The notes under the pieces: model-generated
What the model saw: the letters and a program-made list of their open reading frames with translations, nothing else
Database searches by the model: none
Told to the model about the DNA's origin: nothing
Part shown: positions 1 to 12,590 of the stretch, piece after piece
Numbering within the stretch: the stretch's first letter is position 1
Layout: each line of letters begins with the position of its first letter
Source of the DNA: Octopus bimaculoides
Lineage: Eukaryota
Assembly: GCF_001194135.2 (NCBI RefSeq)
Contig: NC_068997.1
Span: 50,530,620 to 50,593,925 of the forward strand
Reading direction: 5' to 3'
Length of the DNA: 63,306 nt
Made by a program: the position numbers and the translations under genes

Positions 1-39
1 AGCCAAACACAATGGAATGTTTGATATTTAACGAATTAA

Positions 40-526
40 GGAGCAGGCGTGGCTGTGTGGTAAGAAGTTTGCTTCCCAGCACTATGGTTTCGGGTTCTGT
101 GCCACTGTGTGGCACCCTGGGTCCATGTGTCTCATATTCTTTTACTGTGGCCCAGGTACGACTAAAGTCTTGTGAGTGAATTTGGTAGTTGGAAATTGAA
201 AGAAGCCGTCAAAACTTACGTTATGCAAATTAGTAGCCCCAGTTTTCTCTAGCTACTGGGTTTGGTGAGCATATAAACAGATTGGCTGCTTATGTCTCTG
301 GAATTGGTCAAGTTCGCGTAGACGCCTCAGATGAGAATCCAATAAGATTCGAAAATCGACTGAGGTTGTTCAATTTTTTAATCGACGGCGAAATAGCTAA
401 ATTTATCCTGTTTATATATCTATTGTATGTGAATGTGTGTGTCACCACCGTTGCTTGACAAGCGGTGGTGGTTTGTTTATATCCGGGTAACTTAGTAGTT
501 CGGATAAAGTAACCAATACAATGAGT
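40..526 (+). mobile_element. tRNA-derived SINE, family B (head GGCGTGGCTGTGTGGTAAG), decayed copy interrupted at its 3' part by a MITE
   Basis: A-box-like TGGCTGTGTGGTAAG, B-box-like GGTTCTGTGCC and the GGAAATTGAAAGAAGCC block are shared with many other copies in the window. Confidence 0.75.
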
Positions 527-751
527 CAGGGCTGTGGAGTCGAAACAAAAAACTTCGACTCCGACTCCTCTTTATATAATTCAAGTGATTGTGGTCTACA
601 TATCTCATATCCTTGTACTTTGAGTAGGCCTATATGTAATAATTGATTTATATTAAAGAATAAAGATATTGTGAGTCGGAGTCGGTATAGTTTTGCCGAC
701 TCCGACTCCCGCTATCCATTAATTGTTTCCGACTCCGACTCCTCAGCCCTG
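527..751. mobile_element. hAT-like MITE with internal GACTCC/GGAGTC repeats
   Basis: TIRs CAGGGCTGTGGAGTCG and its reverse complement CAGGGCTGAGGAGTCG match at 15/16. Flanks CAATGAGT (519-526) and CAATGAGA (752-759) form a 7/8 8-bp TSD. Confidence 0.75.
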
Positions 752-1387
752 CAATGAGAAACCGTTAACGTAATCCACCTTAAGGTATGGATGAATTAAA
801 TTTAGCTTTAATGTCACCATTCGTATAAACCTCAAGTAGCGATTTAACTCGCAATGTGAACGTATGTGCGCCAAACCACACGTGTACGTATGCTTACATC
901 TTCGTGGCTGTTTGTATGGGTGAGTGTACATGCGTCATACAAGCTACGCGTTAACGGATGTTTATACATCCACATCCGTTAACGGTTATATTTAATACTT
1001 TTTTCGCTGTACTGCGTGTTGGTTTTTTCTTTTACATTTGTTATTTTCTTATTGCGCATAATGGATATTATTTATTACTCAGCCAGTTGGCTAATTGCAA
1101 CCTCAGTTATTTTATCAATAACGGTTTTCCTATATCAGTAACAACGGATTTTGCCTTTGCATGAGTTTGGCAGAGAATACATGCTATTGACGAAGCTCAT
1201 CGACGCAGAAATGCACATTTAGCATTCTCATCAGCCACTGTCGAACGATTTCCGTCTGTTGTCGATATACTTGCATTTTTAAACACAGCGCGTCCACAAG
1301 GGATATTATCGCTGGACGAATACCGCAGTTAATTTGTTTTTTTCGCGATGTGTCTGCATTAAGCATGATATACAGATGGCTGATTGT

Positions 1388-1423
<36 letters not shown>

Positions 1424-1708
1424 GTGTGTGTGTGTGCGTGCACAAAACTCCTTTCTCTGCAACTGAATATTAAGTTCTNNNNNNNNNNNNNNNNNNNNNN
1501 NNNNNNNNNNNNNNNNNNNNNNNNNNNNNNNNNNNNNNNNNNNNNNNNNNNNNNNNNNNNNNNNNNNNNNNNNNNNTATATATATGAGGGAGAATGAAAA
1601 GAGATGGACAGACATTCGTATATTTATTTCACGGATTTCTTGCAATAAAGCCCAGAAGATCACGCCACACAACGATGTAAGCAACTTTGTGTGTGTTTGT
1701 GTGTTTAG

Positions 1709-1805
1709 TGGTCCAAATCAGATATGCAATCTATGTGGGTATCTTTTCAATACATTGTCTGGTTTTAAAAGACACATCAGACGCCATGATGGATCTAAGA
1801 TTTAA
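1709..1805 (+). CDS. Terminal exon encoding one C2H2 zinc finger (GPNQICNLCGYLFNTLSGFKRHIRRHDGSKI*)
   Basis: Exact C-x2-C-x3-F-x5-F-x2-H-x3-H spacing, preceded by acceptor TGTGTTTAG (AG 1707-1708), stop TAA ending at 1805. Upstream exons not identified. Confidence 0.7.
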
Positions 1806-3899
1806 GTTAAGGGGTTGCCAGACTCCAACCACGAATATATATATATAACATAACAAAAATAGCAACAGCGATAAAATAATGACGTCAATAACAGAGACAT
1901 CAGCAACCGCAACAACATAAAAAAAAATGACAAACACCAACTAGGGAGCGCGTTGTCATGTTATCGCTGACATGCTAGAAATAACAGTTAAATCTCTCTC
2001 AAATCATATTCCGCTGTTTCAAAACGAGGAAAGGACACGTCAAACATTTGTAAAGTTGAGTGATTAAGAAGTTTGCTTTCACAACCATCTTGGTCCCCGG
2101 TTCAATCCCAATGCGTGATGTCTAGGGGAAAGCTTTTTGTTTTTGTTTTTGTTTTTTTAACTATAGCCTTGGGCCACTCCTAAGCCTTGTGAGCAAAACT
2201 AGGTAGATGGAAATTATGTAGAAGCCTATCGAAGAAAGGATTGTTGTTGTTATTGTTGTTAAAGGCGGCGAGCTGGCAGAATAGGTAGCGTGTCGGACAA
2301 ATACTTAGCGACATTTCTTCCGGCTTTATGATCTTAGTTCAAATTCAGCCGAGGTTGACATTGCCTTTCATCCTTTCACAGTTGATAAAATAGAATACCA
2401 GTTGAGCATTTGGGTCGATGTAATCGACTTAATTTCTCCCTTAAATTTGCCGATTTCAGAGTCCTGTAATACTCTCAACAACAGAGATTACAATTTTGCA
2501 GAAAAAAAAGAAATAAAGAAAGGGCAGATTTTTAAACCCCATACCCCGCCCCATCAATTATTCTTTTACTTTTACTTGTTTCCGTGAGCGCTATCTTCTG
2601 TCGAACTAATCGACCTTAGAACTTATTCTTTGTAAGCCTAGTACTTATTCTATACGATTCTGTAAAAAGAAGGGTTTCTTTTTCCAAACTTTTAGATTTG
2701 TTTTTTTATTCCTCCAAAATATCAAAGCAGATTGCTCTACAATAATTTTCACTTTAAATCTGCGGTCATAAATCGTAAAAATACCAGAAGGAAACAAAAA
2801 GTAAAAAAAACCCAAAAAAACCATGTGGATGGTCACCTCTGGAATGGCTTTTTAATCGAAAGATCTGCTCGATCAGAGCTGACCGAGGACTTAAACAACA
2901 CCAACAACAACGACAATATCAATAACAACAACAAGAAATCGCAGTACAATTAATTGTTATAGTAAATATGACGTGTTGTTTGTTGACATTCAGTATCGGC
3001 AGTTAGAAATGATGTTAATATGGCGGGAATCTTATCGTTTTACTAACGTACTCTTAAAACAAGAGGAGTGGAGAGAGGAATAATAGTGTTATGAGAGAGG
3101 GGGAGGAGGAGAAAGAGGTTCAAAATGTAGGGCAAACAACCATAGGACAATAAATATTTATGACATAGAAACAGCTGACTCGCACAGCACCAACCATCTC
3201 TCCACCGTCATCTGAATTCTTGTTTTATTTTCAGCAGCCAAAAGTTACTACCGCGGTAACTTCGTTTTTCCGTTGCAAGCTTTCTAACTGCGTGCATTTC
3301 AATACAAAACAGAATCAACTACCCTCTTTTTCTCCACCCTACCACCCCTCCATTTCTAACCTAAGAAGAATTAGATAGCCACTGTTTGTTTGAAATAATA
3401 CTCCACCCGAATACACATTGCCTGCCTCCGCTCACCACATACCACCACAACTAACTGAACAAACACACAGGTAAAGACTACGATATCAGAGAAAATTAGC
3501 TGCTATTTCTCGCAGATTCAACGTCCACATACAGGCTTTCGCGTTGACAGTCGTTGTTGATGTTGTTTAGAGGGCCTCGCTCACATCAATACACCGGCCC
3601 CTGTAGTTTTATTTAGTAACAGCAAACCACACCATACATAGATCAGAATTGGGTCCGTAGACCTGCGAGGCCCAGGGCAAATCAATGAAATGGACTATAC
3701 AGTATTTATTTGAAAGCACACCAATCATACGTGGGTTAGAATTGGGCCCGTAGACTCGTGCGGCCTCCGAGCAACTGCCCAGTGAGCCCATACCTTAAAA
3801 CAGCACTGGTTTAGCCACAGGCCAGCTCATATCCATGATCAAACTCACTGTAGTCTTTTATTTCAGTGTCACTAGATTTTTTTATATATATATAAGTCT

Positions 3900-4290
3900 A
3901 CACATTGCCCAGACGACCTTAAACAATAGATTCAGAATTCATCCAAGGCTGCGACCAATTGCTATACGCCCTTTACACAATTCAAGATCACAGCACATTA
4001 AATTCACTGCAACACAATTTGTTTTCCTCAACAGGGCCTGTTCTATGTAATATTGTCCCAAAACAAATCAAAGAAGAAAAAAATCTCATCACCTTCAAAC
4101 AAAACTTGGGCAATTATCTTCAAAGGATACCAGATAAGCCATCTATACCTGGAGACATCTCAGTCAATAACAAACAAATCCCTACTTGAATGGGCCATGA
4201 TACCACACAACTTGACTTTAAAATGACTTAACAGATCCTATCAGATGGTGCTAGACATGGCCTGGACCTATCTTTGGCCGAAACGTATCT
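3900..4290 (+). mobile_element. 3' remnant of a CR1/L2-type LINE (ORF2 C-terminus plus 3' UTR)
   Basis: Frameshifted translation RFRIHPRL...QHNLFSSTGPVLCNIVPKQIKEEKNLITFKQNLGNYLQRIPDKPSIPG resembles the post-RT C-terminus of CR1-group LINEs (GP.L.N..P..I....FK..L..YL..IPD.P). Confidence 0.6.
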
Positions 4291-5469
4291 AAGTTATTAC
4301 ATAATTCTTAATATAGGTCTCATCCTTTAAAAGAAACGGTAGGTTAGGGTGTGATTTGAGTGAAGTTTGACAGCTATTTCGAGAAGATCTAGCAACCACG
4401 TACAGTTTACTTCAACTCTAGCGACCGTAAACAAATCTCCCTCGTTGGTTCATGTGTAGATATATACATACATAGAAGTAGGCTGTAATTTGAGGGGTGT
4501 TTGGTTGCTATTTCTAGCAGGTTTAGCTACATTTAGAGGTCTCCCTCGTTGGACTTATGCATGCATATATATCTATATCTTTGTGTGTATGTATGTTTCT
4601 GTGTGCTGACAACTGGTGTTTGCGTTTACGTAACGTAGCGGTTCGGCAAAAGACATCGATAGAATAAGTATGGTATTCAAATTTTTGTTCAGCCTCTTTC
4701 CTCCTAATGGCTTTTCTAAGCAATTCTTTTAGTGTCGCAATGTATCGACCACTGTTCATAATTTATACATTCACTCCTCCACAGATATTTGTTCACACCG
4801 GACACCAGGTTCCTCTCTGTACAAATTTACTCCGCATACATTCACTTATAGATGTCCCGGGGTTGTGTATCGGCCACATTAACCGAATAACCTGCGAGAA
4901 GGGTCATAACACTTCTGCCTCTCGCCTCTATAGATTTATTAAAAAGGAAAAAGCTATATTTAAAGATGATAAAACTCATAGGAAGTTATTTGTTGTGATG
5001 CTCACACCTTTCCCGTGAGGTGGGTATGCGGTTCTGTCGCAGCCTTCACGCTTCGCCGTAAACACGTTAAGTGAATTATATAATGAATAAATGAATGAAA
5101 GAGATCACACGTGAATGACATCACCATCGCTTTAAAAACTGTTCGTTCTTTCTGAAATGACGACCGGGCGGCAGTAGCAGAGAGCTTAACAAAACAATCA
5201 TCATCCGTCGCCATCAACAACAGTAACGGAACACCTGTAAAACTTCGTCACAATTACACCGCTACCTCCTCCTCTATCACCACTGCAACAACAATATTAA
5301 CTCCACTACAATAACAACAGCACCATTACTGCCAATACCACCACCATCACCAACAACAACACATCGTGATAGAGTCAATTGTTGTCCTTAAAAATGCACA
5401 CGCACTATCATATTCGCTTTTACTGTTTTCATTGTACTTTATAACCTGGTCACTGCGTGAAGTTATACA

Positions 5470-5990
5470 CACCAGCCACTAAACACGGTCTGTTATATAC
5501 ACTAGCAACTACGCACAATGTGGCGTACACATCAGTTAACATATACAGTGTCTGTCATACACAATAGTTAACACGGAGTCTGTTATACACACGAATTAAC
5601 ACGGAGTCTGTCAAACATACCGGTTAACACGGTCTGTCAAACACACTAGTTAACACAGGGTCTATCATACACACCAATTAATAGTCTGTCATACACACTT
5701 GTTAACACAGAGGCTGTCAAACACACCAGTTAACAGTGTCGTACACACCACTTAACAGTCTGTCATACACACTAGTTAACACGGAGTCTGTCAAACACAC
5801 GAGTTAACACAGAGTCTGGCATGCACACCAATTAACACAGTCTGTCATACACACTAATTAACACTGAGTCTGTCATATACATCAGTTAACAGTCTATTAT
5901 ACACACCAGATAACAGAGGGTCTGTTATATAAATTAGTCTACATAGTCTGTTGTACACATCAGTCGCCACACGCCCGTTATACACACCAA
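5470..5990. repeat. Degenerate minisatellite, about 22-28 bp unit (ACACACCAGTTAACACAGAGTCTGTCAT-like), roughly 18-20 units
   Basis: Recurring GTTAAC...GTCTGTCA(T/A)ACAC with no unique spacers. Confidence 0.85.
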
Positions 5991-6914
5991 ACACCATACA
6001 CAAGCTTTTGTATAACATTCACCATACAGACACAATTTGCTACATGCATACACACGCCACACCAAAATATTACACACACTTACATATACTCACATACACA
6101 CAAATGCATCACATGCACATTTGCACGTGCACGCTGACTTACGTAACGAACTCTAGTAGTCGTCTCCCTTATAAAGATGAGGCAGGGGTGTGTGTACAAA
6201 GTGAGGAGAGGTAAGAGTACAGGTGAGAACTGGCGTTTCGAGCCTACGTCACTACCTCCCCCTCCACTACAGTGTCCTTCCACATATCTTGACCCAGATT
6301 TGTTGACATTGAGAGTCAATATGTACAATAGCGTACCAGAGGTATAATATCGACATCCTGGTGTTGTCATCGAACAGATTTATGATCAAAGGCGTTCCGG
6401 CTCTGACCATCCCATCTTTTTATAAGTAAGTATAATGTGAGACTACGTCGTTCAATGTATTCGTTATTTACGATACTACGGTATAATTTGGAAGAGGGGA
6501 TCGGGTGCTATTTCTAGCAGGATGAGAACCATGTAGAAGCTTTCTTTTGTTTGAGGGAAGGGGGTAATATTTAAGAAGTGTATCCTTCTTTGTTGATGGT
6601 GGTGATTGTGGTATGTTTAAGACTGTGAAGTTAGTGATATTTTGTCGATTTTTGCTCATGGTCAGTAATGATCAAACATACTCAACAAAGATGAGATGGT
6701 CACGGTGGGAACGCCTTTTGAATCATAACTCATATCATGACCATCTTTGTTCGTTTGTTTGTTTTGTTTTTCAGACGGTGTATCTACAATCACAATATCC
6801 AAGGTGCCCCTTTCATCAGCCAGGCGAATGTAATCTGAAGAACATTTAGCTGTTATTTCTAGCAGGTCAAACAAACACTTAATGATTCTCAACTAATACT
6901 CTATGATTTACTCC

Positions 6915-7180
6915 CAGGCGTAGGAGTGGCTGTGTGGTAAGTGGCTTGCTAACGAACCACATGGTTCCGGGTTCAGTCCCACTGCGTGGCACCTTGGGCA
7001 AGTGTCTTCTACTATAGCCTCGGGCCGACCAAAGCCTTTTGAGTGGATTTGGTAGATGGAAACTGAAAGAAGCCCGTCGTATATATGTATATGTATGTGT
7101 GTGTATATGTTTGTGTGTCTGTTTGTCCCCCCAACATTGCTTGACAACCGATGCTGGTGTGTTTACGTCCCCGTAACTTT
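6915..7180 (+). mobile_element. tRNA-derived SINE family B, 5' part
   Basis: GGCGTAGGAGTGGCTGTGTGGTAAG...GGTTCAGTCCCACTGCGTGGCACCTTGGGCAAGTGTCTTCTACTATAGCC, nearly identical to copies at 43830-44225 and 52515-52925. Confidence 0.9.
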
Positions 7181-9086
7181 CTAGTAATTTTATGATTCCA
7201 ATATTTACGGTGGAGACGTAAAGTCGAATAAAATGATTTAACTTGATTTTTATTTTTCCATATATTATTCTTGAAAACCGACATATAATCAAGAACGACT
7301 TAAATCGAAACAACTTAAGCTGAGATATGCCTGCATATCAAACATACTGTGGTGGCTGTATTTCTCTACAGGTCATGTATTCTGGAAAATAAAGAAATGT
7401 TTCAAGATGTTTTTGTTTCTGTAGGTATCAAGTCATCTGGAAATTAGCCAGTCAACTGATGTCTGAAGATGTATCAAATGTGATGTGATACTTTAATTAC
7501 TGTGGGTTTCAAGTCATCTGGAAAGTAGCCAGTGAAGTGATGTGGATGCTTCAAGATGTTCAAATAGCATGTGTTGTTTTCATTTGTTACAGGTAAACAC
7601 ACCAGTATTTTCTCGAATGACCTCATTTAAGTTTGGAAAATTTGCAATATTTTCGTGAGGAACTCCTCTTGGTGCCCATAAACCCAGCTTTGTCCTGCTG
7701 TGCTCACATCTTTTCACTTGCTCCAACAATGGCAAAGGATTTTTCTCTGAAGCTGCTTGTTGGTGTCATTAAGACAGGTGAATAAATACAGCAGAGAGGT
7801 GTGCTAAAAAGGCAATAAACTTTAGAGCAGCAAACTATTCCCACCAATTTTAATTCCAGACACAAAGAAAAATATGTTTCTTAGAACAAAGCTAGCCATG
7901 ACACATTTTCTGTATCCTTATGTTTCCAAAGGGAGAGATAAGCACCTCCACCCAGCAAAGCCAGCATCCAGAGACTAGTTTCAGAGTCATCAGTCTGGAG
8001 TAGCATTGCTTGCTACCTGTCGATGCCTATTCGTCTTTGAACATATATATATTTCAAGTGAAATACATTCACTGATTTCAAAAATAGAAATATTACATTT
8101 GTAAATCTCTCAGAGATTTATACTGTAGCAGCACAATAAAATGATGGTATGTTGTCAACTTAATATGACAGTCCCATGAAAGGGAAGAATGCTACTGCTA
8201 TGTGGTTGTGAAACTAACTTCTTAGCCACACAGCCAAGTTCACCTTGGGGCCAAACCAAACAGTAGTGAAATTTAGCAACATTGCAGTTGCACAAAAATG
8301 TCTTGTTGGATTAAATCTGATCTCTTCAAAAGGTTGTTGACAAACAGGAGTTTTACTAATTGTGTCAATAAATTGTAGTTACAAAGACGAATGTCTTGAA
8401 TATTCTTATTTTCTTTTTGCTTTTTTACTTACATTTGTTCAAGGTACGAAATTTCATCACCCTTGCTACAAGATTTAATCAGCTTCTCACCAATGTCACC
8501 GTGTTTCTTTGCCTTTACTATTTGCAGTGCTACGTGACAGGAAGCTTTAAGTGTTTGGGTAGATATGGGAATGTTGGATGAATGTGTAAATCCACATTGT
8601 AGCATTGCAAGCAAAGGGTGCGGGTCATGAGAAAATGAAATTTATTAAATAGATTCCCTCCTACAACTGCAGGTTTAACAGGAAAATGTAATTTTTTTAT
8701 CTCCAGCTCTTATCAGGCAACTAAAAGGTAAAGACACATTAAAAAGCTAAAAGGCAATGTGCATGTGTGTGTGTGTGTGTTCTTTTACTTGTTTCAGTCA
8801 TTTGATTGTGGACATGCTGGAGCACTGCTTTAGTTGAAAAAATCAACACCAGGACTTATTCTATCAGTCTCTTGTGCCGAACGACTAAGTTACAGAGACG
8901 TAAACACACTAACATAGGTTCTCAAGCGATGGTTGGTAGGGGGGGGGGGACAAACACAGATAACACAGACAAACAAACACACACACATATGTATGTATGT
9001 ATATATATATATATATATATATAGGAATTGAACCCAGTCTAGCAATCGTGAGTACAACAACCTAACTACTAGGCTATATACACTCT

Positions 9087-9149
<63 letters not shown>

Positions 9150-9723
9150 AGAGGGAGAGAGAGAGAGAGAGAAAGAAAGAGAGCCTCACAATGTGTCACA
9201 AGTCCATTATGGGCATCTCTGCTATTCTCGGTATTCTTTTATTCTTTTAATTGTTTCAGTCATTTGACTGCGGCCATGCTGGAGCACCACCTTTCAGGCG
9301 AGCAAATCGACCCCAGGACTTATTCTTTGTAAGCCTAGTACTTATTCTATCGGTCTCTTTTTGCCGAACCGCTAAGTCACGGGGACGTAAACACATCAGC
9401 ATCGGTTGTCAAGCGGTGTTGCGGGGACAAACACACATATATATATAAATTTTGGGGGAGGGGTTCAGTCGATTAAATCGATCCCAAAAGGATGAAAGGC
9501 AAAGTATTCATGATGGCAAGCTGACAGAATCGTTAGCATGCTGGACATAATAATGCTTAGCGGCATTTGATTCAGCTTCATGTTCTAAGTTCAAATTCAG
9601 CTGTAGCTGAATTTGCCTCTCATCCTTTCGAGGTCGATAAAATAAGTACCAGTGGTAAACTGGGGTCAATGTAATCAACTTGCCTCCTTCTCCAATCTTA
9701 CTGGCATTGAGCCACAATTTGAA

Positions 9724-9768
<45 letters not shown>

Positions 9769-11327
9769 ATTCGTGTTCTTGGCCAACCACTTCATTTCAA
9801 GTTGCTCTGCGTTCATTTCAACAATCTACATGCGGCACGTCTGTACCGGCAATGTCAACTTGATGGAGGGAGCGAGATAATGTGTAGCACACACATTTGA
9901 TCGCCATAACACAAATCATTCATGCAGATTGTTCAGCAAACACTGAACACTCAAATGTCGCCTTCAACAAGAGCCCATCATCATCATCATCATCATCATT
10001 GTTCGTCTTGACATTCTGCATTCAAATTCCACCGAGGTCAACTTTGCCTTTCATCCTTTCAGAGTTGACAAAATAAGGACCATTTGAGCACTGGGGGGCT
10101 CAATGCAATCAATTTGCTCCCTTCCCCCAGTCTTGCTGGCTTTGTGCCAAAATTTTAAACCATTATTAATCTGGTGTTTCAAACCTAATTTTAACATGAA
10201 ATTCTGATGGAATGTTTTAATTAAGATCGCTTTAAAACAGAAAATTTGTATAAAAGAGCCAGAAGCGGTCTTGGGCAGGTTAGTATCAGAAGAGTTAAAT
10301 AGCAAGGAATTCCATGTACGATAAATATTTTAACAAAGAAAATAAAAATAAAAAGATTAACAAACAAAAAGAAACTTGGGGGGGGGGGGTTTCTTTTTTC
10401 CAGAACAAATTTTTGTAGCATAATAAATAAGAACAGCTTTGTTTTTATAATACATAAATTTTTAATTAATATCTATGGCGATATCAAAAATAAAGGAATT
10501 TAATTATTTTTTTTTTAGGAGGGAATGGGAAGACAAGTGGGGTATGAAAGATTGAGAGATAGTTATGTCTTCCACGTCTTAGAGGAAGTCTGGGAGTACA
10601 TCAGCCCAGCTTGTGTCTCTCGTTACCATTAGAGGGTATGTTTGGTCAGGAGCTTAAGTTACAGGGGTACAATGATCATTAATAACTGTAGCCTTAAATA
10701 TACCAGCACCATCACCACTACCACCATCACCACCAACATCAACACCACCAAAGAAGAGGACACAGCAAAATATTACTCTGCTTCCCTCCAAACAAAACAA
10801 CAAAACAGAAAGACACTACATGGTTACTTGCCCTACTAAAAATAGCAGTCAAATCTCCCTCAACTCACATACTGTCATCTACAGTGAAATCTTGGGTTCA
10901 GTCCTACTGCATGGCACCTTGGGCAAGTGTCTTCTACTACAGCCTTGGACTGACCAAAGCCTTCTGAGTGGATTTGGTAGATGGAAACTGAAAGAAGCCC
11001 ATTGTACACACACACATATATATTCTTTTATAGGTTTTAGCCTAAGGCTGTGGCCATGCTGGGGCACCACCAGTGTTACTGGGGTCGATGTATTCGACTA
11101 AAATTCTTCAAGGTGGTGCCCCAGCATGGCCACAGTCTAAAATGGCTGAAATAATTAAACGATAAAAAACACAGGCAATGACAAATGACCAAGACCTTTG
11201 GCTGTGCTTGAGTAGAAAGACCCATGAAGCCAAGCGAAATTGTAGTTGTGGCAGATACTGGTGTCGCGCCAGTGGCACATAAAAGCACCCATTACACTCT
11301 TGGAGTGGTTGACGTTAGAAAGGACAT

Positions 11328-11535
11328 CATCATCATCGTCGTTTAACGTCCGCTTTCCATGCTAGCATGGGTTGGACGATTTGACTGAGGACTGGTGCAA
11401 CCGGATGGCAACACCAGGCTCCAATCTGATCTGGCTGAGTTTCTACAGCTGGATGCCCTTCCTAACGCCAACCACTCCGAGAGTGTAGTGGGGTCTTTTA
11501 CGTGCCACCGGCACGAAGGCCAGTCAGGTGGTACT
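11328..11535 (-). mobile_element. SINE/LINE-tail family D ending GGACGTTAAACGA(TGA)n
   Basis: Same block occurs at 29730-30015 (+), 35387-35525 (-) and 38700-39005 (+), each with an (ATG)n tail. RTE-like partner is an inference. Confidence 0.8.
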
Positions 11536-12149
11536 GGCAACTGCCATCCAGTCATAGAAACCATACCAAATCAGATTGGAGTCTGGTGCAGCCCCTCAGC
11601 TTACCAGCCGTGATCAAACTGTCCAACCTACGCCAGCATGGACAACAGACATTAGATGATGATGATGAACCAAATAGTCTAGTCCATGTCTTATTTCTGA
11701 AACAGACTAGATGGCCAATAGTGAATGGTCAAGGTATTGTCAACACCCCCAGGATGGTTGAAGTGTTGTCATTGTACAAAACCAGCTGTGATTTTTCTTT
11801 TTTTGTCTGAAAAAATAGGCCAAGCAGGTGTATTGTATCTTATACTAGATTAATACAGAGATTTGCAGGTGTGATATAGTTAACCGTTGTCATGGATATT
11901 TTTACCCACAAGGAGAAAATTTATCCCTCTTCAAGCCTCACTGACATCCAGGTCTGGTGTGTTTGAGGTGACGGAAGGCTGCTGGTAGTAGTGGTGGGTG
12001 GCGCTTGTTTGTTTGTTTATTGTTTTTAATTAATCAAAGGAGGAAGAGGAGGGGGGGATGGTGCCCCTGACCTTTGTAGCCTCCTCTCTCTCTCTCCCCC
12101 TTCTCCTCCTCTCATACCTGGTGGTGGGAAAAGCGATAATGGAGAAGTA

Positions 12150-12519
12150 GTGATTACACAAATGATGGTGGTGGTGATGGTTATGATGTTAATGACAACG
12201 GTGATGGTATTAACAGGAGTTAACTGGAGGCAGTGGTGGATGTAGCGATGGTGATAGTAATAAAGGTGATTAATTATAGTAGTGGTAGTGGTGATAGCAG
12301 TGGTGTGCTTTGTTACAAGCTTGAAGTGCACTTGAGAAGAGAGTGATATGAGTTGCAATAATGGTGGCGGCAGTGGTAGTTACAATAGCAATAAGGATGT
12401 AGTAGTAGTAGTGGTGTTGGTGTTGGTGGTGGTGGTGGTGGAGGTGGAAGAATGTCAATGGTGGTAAATGCTGTTGTTTGGGGGAAAACCTGCAAAAATT
12501 TGGTTGTAACTGGTGATGC

Positions 12520-12550
<31 letters not shown>

Positions 12551-12590
12551 ATTGTGATGGTAGCGGTGGTGGTGGTGGTAGTAGTTTAGC
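12150..12590. repeat. Compound (GGT/GAT/GTA)n trinucleotide low-complexity tract
   Basis: Directly visible; source of several spurious poly-T/H/P ORFs. Confidence 0.9.

Noticed and set aside
1165-1332. Open plus frame RIHAIDEAHRRRNAHLAFSSATVERFPSVVDILAFLNTARPQGILSLDEYRS*
   Set aside because: It looks protein-like, but no family was recognised, the acceptor is weak, and a stop separates it from the zinc-finger exon.
5470-5990. CRISPR-like appearance of regular repeats (also the 68-bp array at 56188-56455)
   Set aside because: There are no unique spacers and no cas genes, and the context is eukaryotic.
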